From Octopus sinensis (taxonomy: Eukaryota), in assembly GCF_006345805.1 (NCBI RefSeq), contig NC_043015.1:15562001-15626000 (forward strand): DNA of 64,000 nucleotides. The letters are read 5' to 3'. Both the position numbers and the translations under genes were made by a program. Positions 25,501-36,460 of this stretch are shown piece after piece. The notes below the pieces were generated by a model. That model was not told where the DNA came from and made no database searches. It was given only the letters and a program-made list of their open reading frames with translations. Position 1 is the stretch's first letter. Each line of letters starts with the position of its first letter.

Positions 25501-25808
25501 GCGCCGAGAATAGGATGCGGGATGTCAGCGATGACGAAAACCCATCGAAAGTCTCGACGAAGGTTGAGGTTGAGGCGCAGCGAAATCTGACCGTAAGTAG
25601 TTATGGGAGACGAGTCAATAGCATGCAAGACAATCGAAGAGCGCTTGGGCTTGTCTGCAGCCAGACGAAGGGGCCAGATGCTGCAACAGGAGCCGGTGTC
25701 TACCATGAAGAATTTCTCCGACACCAGATCTTTTACAAAAACTGCACGATTTTTGGGAATGGCGATGGAAGAAGGTGACGTGCTCACCTCCTCCGGACTT
25801 AGTTTTCC
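22596..25808 (-). CDS. pol: Gypsy pol polyprotein (protease, RT, RNase H, integrase), uninterrupted; expressed via a -1 frameshift from gag
   Basis: 1080-codon ORF with DTGS, YRRLN, YVDD, TVDASD, FDRELLA, HHCC zinc finger, TTDRG DDE core and PYKGPF motif; no stops. Confidence 0.97.
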   Translation of the reverse strand, partial: GKLSPEEVSTSPSSIAIPKNRAVFVKDLVSEKFFMVDTGSCCSIWPLRLAADKPKRSSIVLHAIDSSPITTYGQISLRLNLNLRRDFRWVFVIADIPHPILGADFLDRFNLLVDVRRRRLLDSTTSLSTPTGSSTTAVLSPTFFVATSGDPFHSLLVSFPELVDIAFKPENPTHSTLHFITTNGPPVFSRPRRLAPDRLKTARAEFEHMLQLGLIRPSTSPWASPLHLARKGESDFRPVGDYRRLNAVTIADRYPIRNLRDFTANLHGCTIFSKVDLIRAYHQIPVNPADVPKTAITTPFGCFEFLYMSFGLRNATSTFQRFIDEVVRGLDFVFAYVDDILIASDTRENHLRHLSQLFQRLRAYSIRINPDKCVFGRSSLDFLGHHIDSTGISPLSSKVDAIQRIATPTSLRQLRHYLGMVNFYRRFIPGCADKLLPLTRLLKDSPRKDSQVTLSVEAVTAFESIKKELASVSLLAHPVPGASLSLTVDASDTAIGAVLQHTVDDHVRPLAFFSRQLQPAERRYSTFDRELLAIYLSVRHFQHQLEGRDFVIYTDHKPLTFALFSKTDKLSPRAFRHLDFISQFTSNIRHIPGKENVPADALSRLPVCALSSPAAIDLAAISQEQPPLASLDLTSPKFSCCQFSYLPLPSAEGTILCDTSTGSPRPLVPETHQRSVFEALHSLSHPGIAATLKLITARFFWPNMRRTITSWTRTCSKCQRSKIQRHVRAPLGQFPPTEARFRHVHIDLVGPWPVSRGFSYLLTCVDRFSRWPEAIPIADISAETVARAFVSNWISRFGVPSRLTTDRGRQFEASLFRELSRILGMHHIHTTSYHPASNGLVERFHRQLKAALRASSDPQSWIEFLPIVLLGCRTAVKADLEFSAAELLYGTTLALPGTMLVPDTSPPHDPATYVTRLREYFSNLPPMLPRKQSPPSHLPPDMNTWSHVFVRDDSVKGPLVSPYKGPFRVLSRTPKVFTIEINGRSETVSVDRLKKAHFETSSSFDDNLDTPTYAPLTTLSPAQTPSPAQSPSPAPTTPPSPSTGAPSTPYVTKSGRTVHWPKKLSKTIYI

Positions 25809-26281
25809 GAGGGCTTGAAAGTGCACGGCTGGGTACACCGATCTGCCCTTTTGACAGAGCGACTACGACTGCGTTGTCGGCGCTCGATCGCACGGGATAG
25901 ATCGTCGATTCGCCGCGTGAGCGCATCGATCCGCTCGGTTAGTGAAATTTGCGCAGGGCCCCCTATACATGCACAGAGGCCTCGCGATGGAGATGGATTC
26001 GGAAATTCCAGTATTCCATCGGCCATCAGCTCCTGAATATTGCTCTCCCCCGAACGTGTGTTGCGGCGGAGGATTTCTGCTTTCACAGACGCGTATGTGG
26101 CATCCGGGTGGGGACTTATTATTAGATCCCTGATCGATGCGGCGAGTCGGGGATGTAAGCCGGAATATAGCAGGTGCAACTGCTGCTGTGGAGAAATGGC
26201 ATGTGCATCAAAATACCACTCCACTTGGGCAAACCACAGACCCATATCCCCCGTAAATGAAGGCAAACCTGAAGCCATGCC
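25799..26281 (-). CDS. gag: Gypsy gag, short (about 160 aa), apparently with two in-frame deletions
   Basis: [23 protein letters not shown]...[17 protein letters not shown]. It ends in G_GAA_AAC_TAA, overlapping pol in the -1 frame. Confidence 0.85.
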   Translation of the reverse strand, partial: GMASGLPSFTGDMGLWFAQVEWYFDAHAISPQQQLHLLYSGLHPRLAASIRDLIISPHPDATYASVKAEILRRNTRSGESNIQELMADGILEFPNPSPSRGLCACIGGPAQISLTERIDALTRRIDDLSRAIERRQRSRSRSVKRADRCTQPCTFKPSEN

Positions 26282-26641
26282 TTTGTCGGAAGGAGTCTGT
26301 GAGAAGGGGGCAGAAGGTATGGTCGAGAAATGGAGAGAGAACACGTGGAACCGAGAAGGCAATTCAAAACTGTGTTTGTGTGTGCACCTCGTGGGTAGCA
26401 AAAAAAAAGGAATAAGTGTGTACAAGGAAAACAAAATACAGAAAGGAAAAAAATGAATGTGTGTGTGTTTTCTTTTTTCTTTCTTTTTTTTTTGTACTGT
26501 GTGCGATGAATAAGGTTATTTGACCCACCTCGCCGTGCTGAAAAGGAGAAAATAGGAAAATAAATGTGAATTTCCGCGCTCTTCGGCCCCAAAAAAACCT
26601 GTTCGCTGTGTCTTTTTCTATCCTGTTCTTTTTCTCAACTA

Positions 26642-26651
26642 GGGGTCACCA
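26642..26651 (-). promoter_or_regulatory. primer-binding site complementary to the tRNA-Trp 3' end
   Basis: TGGTGACCCC lies 2 nt inside the 5' LTR and matches the first 10 nt of the tRNA-Trp-type PBS (TGGTGACCCCGACGTG). Confidence 0.8.
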
Positions 26652-26653
26652 AT

Positions 26654-27071
26654 TGTAACGTGAAAGGATCTATCATCGAAGCACTGGCAGGGTGTCGAGA
26701 TCCTTTCTAGTCACATACAAAAATTCTTGTAGAAAACAAACAGACGAAACTCAGGTTAAAGGTGAACAGACAACTTGGTTTATTGATTCATGGTTGTACG
26801 TTGTCTGATGGGGGAATAGACAGCCTCTGAGATACTGCTGGTGTTGGTCGTTGAGGTTGGTTGAAGTTGGTTGAAGCTGGTGTGTGGCTGTCAGAGCCAG
26901 GAAAACCGTGACCGATCGCAGTGCTGTCTTGAGCCGAAGAGAGAGATTTGAGGTTCGCGGGCTCGAGAGATGTTTTCCCGCACATGCGCATGGGGAAGAC
27001 TTCCGGTGGCCACCCGGGAGTAGTCCCATTCTGCGCATGCGCGCCGAACCCTACACAGTAGCATCACTACA
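26654..27071 (-). repeat. 5' LTR
   Basis: Identical to 22049-22466 except at 26819 (G vs T) and 27018 (G vs A). Confidence 0.97.
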
Positions 27072-27967
27072 GATGTGTGTTTCTAAATAAAATAGAGAAT
27101 ATACGAAGGTCGTGGTTTCGCATGCAGATTCATCCAAAATTCTAATTTCATTTTGATAATTTGCATCTTATTATTGACCACAAAAATCTGGTAGCTGCTA
27201 CCCTTGGACATGAGGTTAAAGTCATTCGTTTAGGGGGAAATAGCATCCTTATGCAGTGTAGTTCTCCGTCTAAGTGACATCCTTGTTTGGCTTATATAAG
27301 AAGATATCATTTAGAGGGAGATGTACACGGCATAGGGAACAGGTCCGTTTCCCAAGGTATTGACAGATACCATTGAGTGAATACAGAGTGAGATGTGCAG
27401 GAACTCACCAACCAAACTTCACGGTTTCCCCCATCTACCAGTGCAAGAAAACAATTTCTATACAAGAACGACTAAATAAAGAAAATATATTTATTGAAAA
27501 ACACAAACTGCACCTGAATATGAACGTATAACCAATTTTGATTTTTGTAAATATTTTAATGAACGCATAACCAACACTGTACATATTTTATCTCACGACT
27601 TTAGCTCACTAGTTTATATAAATTTACTCTCCTGAAGTGCAATTACCTCCCCTTTCTCGAACAATAACAATCACCAATTACCTCCCCGAAAGTTTTCCTA
27701 CATGCTGATTCATTTACAAACTCATACAAACAGTATGGATTAGCAGTATAGCCCGGCTTTGCTCAGGATTAAGTTACGATTATTAAGCTAATCAAGCTCT
27801 TTATTTCAAAGTAAACTAAGTAACATCGACGTCAAATTTGAGTGAAATCCGTTGAAATTCGTAAACTTTTGGCTGAAATTTTGCAGACAATTTGATTGGG
27901 AAATCCCATAAGGAATCGGTTTATCGATTTTTTCCACTCATCGATTGTTTTTTTTTTTTCGTTTTTG

Positions 27968-30420
27968 GAGAACTTAAAGCATTCAAAGATCCCATGAATC
28001 CTAAGTCAAAAATGGCAATTGCCATGCGCTTCAGACTGAGTTTTGCAGATGTCCTTCAGTCTCTGTAACACAGCGCAGACATTCCAGTGCTTTATGGAAA
28101 CCGTTACAAGGGCCTTACCATTCGTGTACGCACACATCGATGATATACTGGTAGCAAGTAAATCCAAAGCCGAACACGAAGAGCATTCAGATCAACTATT
28201 CCAGCGGTTAGCTGAGTATGGCATCGCAATCAACACCAGTAAGTGTGCTTTTGGTGTCTCGTTTCTGTTATTCCTCGGCCATATTGTTGACAAGGACAGA
28301 ATCCAGCCACTACCCAAAAAGATGGAGGCGGTAGTTGACTTCCCTATTCCTACGTCTCTTCGGAAACTGCATGAATTTTAGGGATTAATTAACTTCTACT
28401 GGTGTTCCCTACCACACTGTGCTGAAGCAGCTCAGCCACTTACAGATGTCCTGTGCAACAAAACGAAGAAGACACAGGCTATAACGTTAGACAACGAAGA
28501 GATGGCCTCCTTCAATAAACTAAAGGATATGCTAGCTAGGGCCATGATGATGGTCTACGCCAAACCTGGTGCTCCACTCAGTTTGCTGGTTGACACGTCT
28601 ATGTCTGGAGTCGGTGGTGTCCTTTAGCAGTTGGTTAATGGTGTTTGGCAACCATTGTCCTATTTCTCCAAGCGACTTCAATCTGCGGAGATGAAATACA
28701 GTACTTTTGGACGTGAGCTCCTGGCTCCATATCTGTTCATCAAACACTTCTGCCATATGTTAGAAGGGTCCATTTTCAGCATCTACGCGGGCCATAAACC
28801 GCTAGTATATGCCTCAGGAAAATACCTGACTGCCATTCTTCCAGAGAAGTCCGTCACCTCGACTTTATCACCCAATATTCCACGGATATTTGGCATATCA
28901 AAGGCTCAGACAACACAACAGTGCACACACTTTCACACATCTATCTTAACACTCTGCACGCTCCAGAGACTATTGATCTTCATTTGATCGCAGCAGATCA
29001 GGAAAATAACGAAGAGCTCAAGTTCCAATTGTTCCCATTATCTTCTCACTGTCAGATATGGTGTGATACCTCCACTGGTTACAAACACACTTACGTCCCC
29101 AAACAACACCGATGACGTATTTTCACTGCCTAGCATTCTTTCCACACAGAAGATAATAACAACTCGTTTTGTGTGGACAAACATAAACAAGGACATCTGC
29201 ACTTGGGTTAAGATTTGCGTTGCCTGTCAAAAGGTGAAAATACAGCGACATGTAAAATCACCCCTCAATACTTTCACAACACCGGACACATGTTTTCAAC
29301 ACATCCACATAGATATAGCAATAATAAATCTCTGGCGTATTGCTTAGGTTTATGAGAGAGGGATGACCTCCCTTTGCAAATACCATAAGAGCACAGAAAG
29401 TGTGCCTAAAGCCAGCTGGAGACGATTATCTCCTGGGGCTAAAAGCTACAGTAATACCCACCCTTAGTGGTTAGCCATATTGAGATGGCTAGTATACTCT
29501 ACACATAGATATAGTTGGACCTCTACCGCCGTCCCACAACTAAACACATCTGTTGACCTGCATCGACCACTTTTCTCGATAGCCCAAAGCTTTCCTTCTG
29601 CCCGATACTTCAGCTGAAACCGTCACTAAAGCACTGATATCACACTGGGTATTGTGTTTTGGTGTCCCCGCAACCATCACGACAGACAGAGGATGGCAAT
29701 TCGATTCACACCTTTTCAGCAAACTCACGCACCTGATCAGTTCCAAACACTGCCATACAATAAATAGCATATCATCCAGCAGCAAACAGCATAATAGAGA
29801 GATACCACAGGCAGCTGAAATCAGCCACACGTGCATGTCCAGACCTAATCAATAGGATGGAATTCCTTCTGCTTATTCTGCTCAGTATCCATGTATCTAT
29901 TAAGGACGACATCAGTCACTCACCGACTGAGTTAGTTTACAGCACCACGCTGGCCTTGCCTGGGCAAATGATTGCTCCAGTTATTCCAAGGGATATTCCT
30001 GATCCCACAACTTATTTACATCGTTTCCGTGCACATATGGTCCATCTCTCACCTAACTCACCCTGTTCGCAGAAAACCGACACATATATCCCCTCAGACA
30101 TTAACCAATAAACGCACGTTTTTATCCTGAACGATGGAATACCATCAGAAATCCATCCACCATATTCTGGACCCTACACAGTACTACAGAGAAGGGAGAA
30201 ATACTTCGTCATTGACATGAATGGCAAGCGAAATACTATTAATACCGATCGACTTAAGAAAGCTATTGTCGAACCCGATTCCTTATCATTGTCGACTCCG
30301 CAACAAACCAACACAGTCTCGTCAACACCTCCCACAAGTACCTCAACAACTTCACAGCAAACTTGAACAAGAAGTGGGTGAAGAGTCCGCTGGCTGGTGA
30401 AATACGTACAAGTTTTCTAT
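27968..30420 (+). pseudogene. decayed Gypsy pol (RT-RH-IN) of a related lineage, 5'-truncated
   Basis: MSFSLCNTAQTFQ, YAHIDDILVAS, YSTFGRELLA, FQHIHID, FGVPATITTDRG and SPTELVY, in many broken frames. Confidence 0.92.
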
Positions 30421-31104
30421 TTCAAAAAGATTCCAGGTGAGTGATTTACAGGCACCAATGACTTAATTTCTACACGAGCACCTACAAGACATATTTATTG
30501 ATATTTTTCTTTCCACTGAACTTCGCAAGCACCATACCTGAAACATTTACATTGCATTAATTCAATTTCCTGTTTGTCATATCAAATTAAAATTGATTCT
30601 ACTTGCATTCTATCAGACTCAAATGAACTGAACATTTATTCATGAACTGAACATTTATTCATGAACTGAATTTTTGTTTGCATGCCTTTCAATTATTTTC
30701 ATATTTTGCATTTCCACTTTCTTTCAGTTGCATTGTCACACATTGCATTTTGCGTGTATATTTTTTCTCGTTCACTTTGAAAATGTATTGTTGCATATAC
30801 ACATGCATGCATCTTTCCTCAGTGCTTAACCTTGCACACACATCTGCACACATTGTTGCACACATTTATGCCCCACACATGCCTTTCTTGCTTGTTTTTC
30901 ATGCCCCCTGCACCCTTGTTGACATAACTCGTCTCTGTAAGACCCTAGGTCGGTCACGCAGACATAGAGAAAGTTGTTTGTCCCTTACAACATGCCAGCA
31001 TGCCACACTTTTGCTCTTGTACATTTCAAGGCATTTCACAAAGATTTCTCTCAGCTTCGATCATTCATTTCCTTTAATCGAAACCTCACCGGGGAGGAGA
31101 GGGA

Positions 31105-31909
31105 TGTAGTAGATCTTGCAGGCATGGCATGGATTCGATCTTAGATAGCCAAATTTAAATTAACAGTTCAACAGCTCTTTTCTCATGGTAAAACAATAGT
31201 TTTTCTGTGACAGTGGTTACACTTGCCAGATGCCTTAGCTAAGCAAAATAAAGTCTTTGCCATTTGACCCTTCTAACCTCTTCTATTTCACCAATAGCTA
31301 GAATAGAGATATCACAGACTTCCAATGAAAGCTATTTTCTCAATGATATGTCTATCCTTCTGGATAGTTATAAAAACAAGAACCCCTAAACAAAAATTAG
31401 TTAGTGAGAACCCAAGTTAGTGAGAGTGACCATCAGTTAGTGAACGGACAGCTAGAATCATGGTTACTAGCAGGCAGCTACTAAAGACAAATGGTCAGAT
31501 GGAGAAGGAAAGTTATAATCAGCCAACTATGAGATACATCTTACCTCGACTCTATAACTTCCACTAGCTCAATTTCTTTTCTCTTACAACATCATTCTAT
31601 CTTTATCTGTGGATTCCTACTACGAGAACGTGTACACAAATACTGGCCAAAATTAACTTTTTTACTTCGCATGCTTTTCTATTTACTACTTATACATACT
31701 AACCTGTTGTGGTTTTGGATATATACAATGTAACGGTAAATAAATATTTTCTTTACAACTTCAATCACTGTTCTTTCATCTTGGCAATCAAATAACAACA
31801 AACCATTACAATTGATGACCCTCGTCTTCAATGAAGAACTAACCGTTACAAACTGGTGACAACTCTGACATTCCATATTATTGTTTACAAATTAATCTCA
31901 ACCGTTACA
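31105..31909 (+). repeat. 3' LTR of the decayed Gypsy (805 bp)
   Basis: TGTAGT...CGTTACA, preceded by the PPT GGGGAGGAGAGGGA; homologous to 49978-50721. Confidence 0.88.
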
Positions 31910-32249
31910 ACTTTTTGTTTCTCTTCAGTCCTGTTGTCAACAGGACATGCTAAGCTGATTATCATTATTATTCACTATTTTATCATTTCAGACAGATTTC
32001 TACTGCATCACCTGCTATACGTCTATGTTCTTGCGTGCAGCATTGTATGTTTCTTTTTGTTGTTGAGGGAATGCAGACTCTTCCCAGTATTGTATTGCAT
32101 CAGTTTGTTTGTTTTTTATGGTGTTTGGTTGCAGTCTTTTGTTATATAAGTGTTTGTATTGTGTGTGTAATGCGAGTTGTGTTCTTTTGTTGGTTATCTA
32201 GCCTGTGGTGGTTGTTTATTTTGTTGGTTATTTACAACATAAAGTATAT

Positions 32250-32617
32250 CTTGTTTTTATGGATTAATAGTGTTTCAGCTAATTCTGCCAGTTGATCTAC
32301 CAAGCTGTGATCCCTTACTAATGCTAGAATTGCCTGTACACTTGGCAGTATATGAGACTAGAACAAATGTTCCATATAAGATGTTTTAATGAATTAATTT
32401 CTAGGAATTCCTTTCATTCTTTTTAGTAGTTGTGAAGGCCTTTTATTGCCCAATGTCTCACTATATAGAAGTTGATGTAAATGCTTTTGGTAAAAACTGG
32501 ATATACATTTTAATATCTCTAGTTTAATTTCCATATAGAAAATAGTACCTGCAGGAGTTGTAATCAAGTCCATTACTTCACTTAAGGCTGGGAGAAGGAC
32601 ACTCATCATAAGTTGAT

Positions 32618-32620
<3 letters not shown>
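32250..32620 (-). pseudogene. Gypsy gag fragment
   Basis: EVMDLITTP...LHQLLYSETLGNKRPSQLLKRM...ILPSVQAILA...QLAELAE. Confidence 0.8.
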
Positions 32621-32715
<95 letters not shown>

Positions 32716-33639
32716 CATATGGATTTATTGATAGTTTGCAAGATAGATGAATAGAAAGCAGACAGACAGGTCAGACAGGCAGTCAGGTCAGACAGGCAGA
32801 CAGACAGATTGACAGACAGACAGACAGATATATAGATAACATGCACTTACATACGCACACAAGCACACATACACATACACAGTGTATATGTATAACTATA
32901 TATACACACACACACGCATAACTATAAGTGTACATGTACAGGCGCACTCACTCAACTGTATACACCCACACACGTTTCTGCACGTATAAATGCCTAAATG
33001 AACAAATTTACGTACCGATATGTAAACATAAATAAATCTACTAATATATGCAATCACAAACACATATATTCCCATATTTTGAAGACACGCATACATTTTG
33101 AAATTTCTAAGCACAAGGAATATGTGCGCATAGAAGACCGCCTACGCACATCATAGGGAGTACACATGATCCTATTTTGTTGCACATTCGCTTAACACGT
33201 AAAAAATGTTAAAAAAGTGGAAGCTGTAATTTTATATACCTTCACGCGTGTACTTATTCTCATATTGTTTATCTGTGTGGGTTCACGTGCGAATGTTCAT
33301 ATGGCGGTCTTCTGTGCAGTTCAAGAGTACATCCGTGTTGTACGCTTTTGATGTTTTTCTTAGAATAGGTTCAAGTTACAGAAGATGGTGTTGTATAAGT
33401 ACACGCGAGGCTAGCTGTATTTAGCCCAGGTGAGTTTGTGAAAAATGGTGAAAATGGGGCAGAGTAAGATCCTGCAACCGAAATTGTTGTTACCTGTAAC
33501 AGACATGATATGAGAAAACCGGTAAGTTAAATAGAAATTAGTAAAAAGGTTAATCATAGGCTATTAATCCAGTTGCAAAGGTTTAAGTATACAAATAGAT
33601 GCATGTGTCTACCACCAATGGAGAATACGGTGCCAACTT

Positions 33640-34051
33640 GTTCAGACGGTTACGAAAGGCTATCAGAACCAAACGCCCCGGGAAAACTGACGCAAGGGGT
33701 TTTGTTTCATCAGGACAATGCTCCAGCACGCAAATTCTTCGTTCCTGTGGCTGCTGTGCGTAACTGTAGCATTGAACTGGTTTGATCACCGCCCCGCCCT
33801 CCTGATTTGGCCCCCATCTGATTATCAGCTGTTTCCCCAACATGAACAAAACACTTGGCTGGGAACCAATATCTCAATGATCATGACGCAGTATCTGGTG
33901 TTGATGAGTTTTTTGAGCAACAGGATGAAAGCTTCTTCACCAACGGGATCCAAACACGGCAACACCGATGGAAGAAGGAAATATACTTCATTTGGTTACA
34001 TTCCATGAAAGTATCTTGGTCAGCCTTTGAACTTTTCAACCGACGCTTGTA
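33640..34051 (+). mobile_element. mariner transposase C-terminus with right TIR
   Basis: VLFHQDNAPA, PDLAPSDYQLF, FFTNGIQ..HRWKK. The terminus GGTCAGCCTTTGAACTTTTCAACCGACGCTTGTA ends in TA. Confidence 0.85.
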
Positions 34052-34093
34052 TGAACATGAATTTAATATGTTACTTGGTGGAAGCTGTGATGG

Positions 34094-34258
34094 TGTAGGA
34101 GTGGCTATGAGGTAAGTAGCTTGCTTACCAGCCATATGGTTCCGGGTTCAGTCCCACAGCGTGGCGCCATGGGCAAGTGTCTTCCAGAATAGCCTCAGGC
34201 CGACCAAAGTCTTGTGAGTGGATTTGGTAGACAGAAACTGAAAGAAGCCCGTCGTATA
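34094..34258 (+). mobile_element. 5' half of a family A SINE interrupted by the PLE; its 3' half is at 39610-39830
   Basis: The head runs to GAAGCCCGTCGTATA, where intact copies (48070, 56270) continue into (TA)n(TG)n. That tract and the tail resume after the PLE. Confidence 0.9.
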
Positions 34259-35064
34259 ATCAAAGAGGCCGATAAAGGGAGTGCTGTTGTCTTAATGGAT
34301 ACGACATTTTACATAACTTTGGTACTTTCTATGCTGGAAGACACAACATACTATGAAAAGGCACAAAACTACAGTCAACAAAAAATAATGAGGGAACTAA
34401 AATCCATATTAAACCCATACAAAGCAGGGCTAACCGACAAAGAATATGATTATATGACCAATTTCACAAGTAAAACTAGCCAATTCTACGGTATACCTAA
34501 GATCCACAAAAGTGAAAAAATAAGCAACGCATGCAAGATAGCTACAGACAAAATAATTAAAGTCCCTAATCCTAATGACCTCAAATTGAGACCCATAATA
34601 GCAGGTCCCGCATGCGAAACCCTTCTCCTTCTCCTTCTTCTTCTTCTTCTTCTTCTTCTTCTTCTTCTTCTTCTTCTTCTTCTTCTTCTTCTTCTTCTTC
34701 TTCTTCTTCTTCTTCTCCACCCCCTACCCCTTAAGTTTGTCACTAATGTTTTTTAGTATAACACCTACGCTAATTCTATAAACAAGCCTGTCAATATAAA
34801 TATTCTCCTGAATTGAACTGAGACTGCCAGCCGCCACTGACCATTCAAAATACGACCATCAGGGCACTCCCAGATTCTCCCACCCCCTTTCCTCACCAGC
34901 CTTCCTCTACTACCCTACCAAGAACTCACAACTACCTCGAACACACAAGTGCAAACAAGGGAGTCAGAGAAAGGCAGAATGCCACTTAAATCTGAACACT
35001 ACTATAGAAATATTCTTTTAAAAAAACTTTTCTTCTAATTTTTCTAAATTTAATTATTTAATCG

Positions 35065-35108
35065 TTACAGTTGAAAAGGTCTCAAAATGACCGAAACCGG
35101 TACTGAAA
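35065..35108 (+). ncRNA. minimal hammerhead ribozyme motif (U3:A8) in the upstream pLTR
   Basis: TTACAG TTGAAAA GGTC-tcaaaat-GACC GAAA CCGG TA CTGAAA. Confidence 0.75.
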
Positions 35109-35225
35109 TGTTCACTATAAAATTATTTTAGCATTTTCTATTTTTTACTTGTTTTTTCATATATATCAACTCGTGTGTTCCTTTTCACCCTTATACATAT
35201 CATTAACCCACACGAGATACAGAAA

Positions 35226-36460
35226 ATGCCGACAAAAACAGACACAATCACCTCCATAAACGAAGAAATACTGAAAGAACTCAAGAAAATCAACACAAAT
35301 TTGTCAACTTTTTTGAACAAATTCGACTCGACACTTCAACCCAATCGAGAGAACAATGAAGAAACAGATACGAAAAATACAACCTCCGAAATTGTCGAAA
35401 ACCTTGGAAACTTATGCGAAACAATTAGAACATTTTTCTCTAACAACGCTAACCAAGGACCTCCAAACGAGTCATATATGGGATCAATACTCTAACAACA
35501 TACCAAATGAAACACCACATAATACCACAATGGAACAAATCACTCAGAGATAGAAAGTTCGCCTTTTGGAAGATGATCCAAAACAACAACAAAGCGGATA
35601 TATACGAAAAATGGCTCAACCGGACCCCGTTAATCCTCCCACGTAAATTCCAGTTCAAAGCTATTACAGAAGAACCTGAAACACAAAGACACCTCAGGGA
35701 GAGAATGGCACTGGAAAAAATGAAAATGGAAATAGAACTTCTGAAATTGAGGGCCCAAACGAATGAGGATAAAATAAAATCCACCGATGAAGATATCAAC
35801 GAAGAAATTCGCAAAATGACCCAAGGCCCAGATCAAGAGAAGTTCTCCAAACTATGGAAAGAGGACTGTGAAAAAGAAGAACTAAAATCTCTCCAACGCT
35901 GGGAGAAAAGCGCCACTTGGTTCTCAGACTATGAAGCCGTCTTTCAAACAGAGCACGCCTCCAACAACCCTTTCCAGAAAATAAGAAAACCAAAACAACA
36001 CCCAAACACCGATACACACCTGTCTAAAAATCGGAACCTTCACTACTATCAAAAAAAGAATACAGGACCTAACCCTAACTCTGTAAGCAGCCAGCGATAC
36101 AATATCAGGAATACCCCCACTTCAAGCAGAGAAAGGATAAATCAACACCCACAGCATAGACACTGCAACCTCATCCCCACCCAAAGGAGTTACCAACGAA
36201 ATCTTCGTCCCATTAACCGGTTAAACAACCATGCACAACAAACCCACACCACTTGCAATGATTACCAACGAAGGCCTCCTAGAACACCACACCCGAATAT
36301 GGGATATCGGGATGCTCTCCTCAATACTGCTCCAAGAACACACACCATAAATCACAACAGGAGACCCCTAATCAACAAAGAACAACTATATACTAGCTAC
36401 CGTCCCAACCACCGCATTCATTTTTTAGACCCAATACGCAAACACAGAGACACAAGATAG
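35226..36460 (+). CDS. PLE ORF1 / N-terminal region, coiled-coil rich; one 1-nt frame break within 35453-35495
   Basis: ATG at 35226 plus a 317-aa ORF with charged heptads (RERMALEKMKMEIELLKLRAQ..), ending HFLDPIRKHRDTR*. Confidence 0.7.

Larger units (their letters stand above)
22049..27071 (-). mobile_element. full-length, very young Ty3/Gypsy LTR retrotransposon (5023 bp)
   Basis: 418-bp LTRs differing at 2 sites, TG...CA ends, 4-bp TSD GATG (22045-22048, 27072-27075), PBS, PPT, and the order gag then PR-RT-RH-IN. Confidence 0.98.

Noticed and set aside
22886-26456. Numerous plus-strand ORFs over the Gypsy
   Set aside because: Antisense shadows of the GC-rich gag/pol; no recognisable domains.
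27741-27960. Helitron-like non-autonomous terminus (TAGCAGTATAGCCCGGCTTTGCTCAGG)
   Set aside because: The resemblance is from memory only and no matching other end was found.
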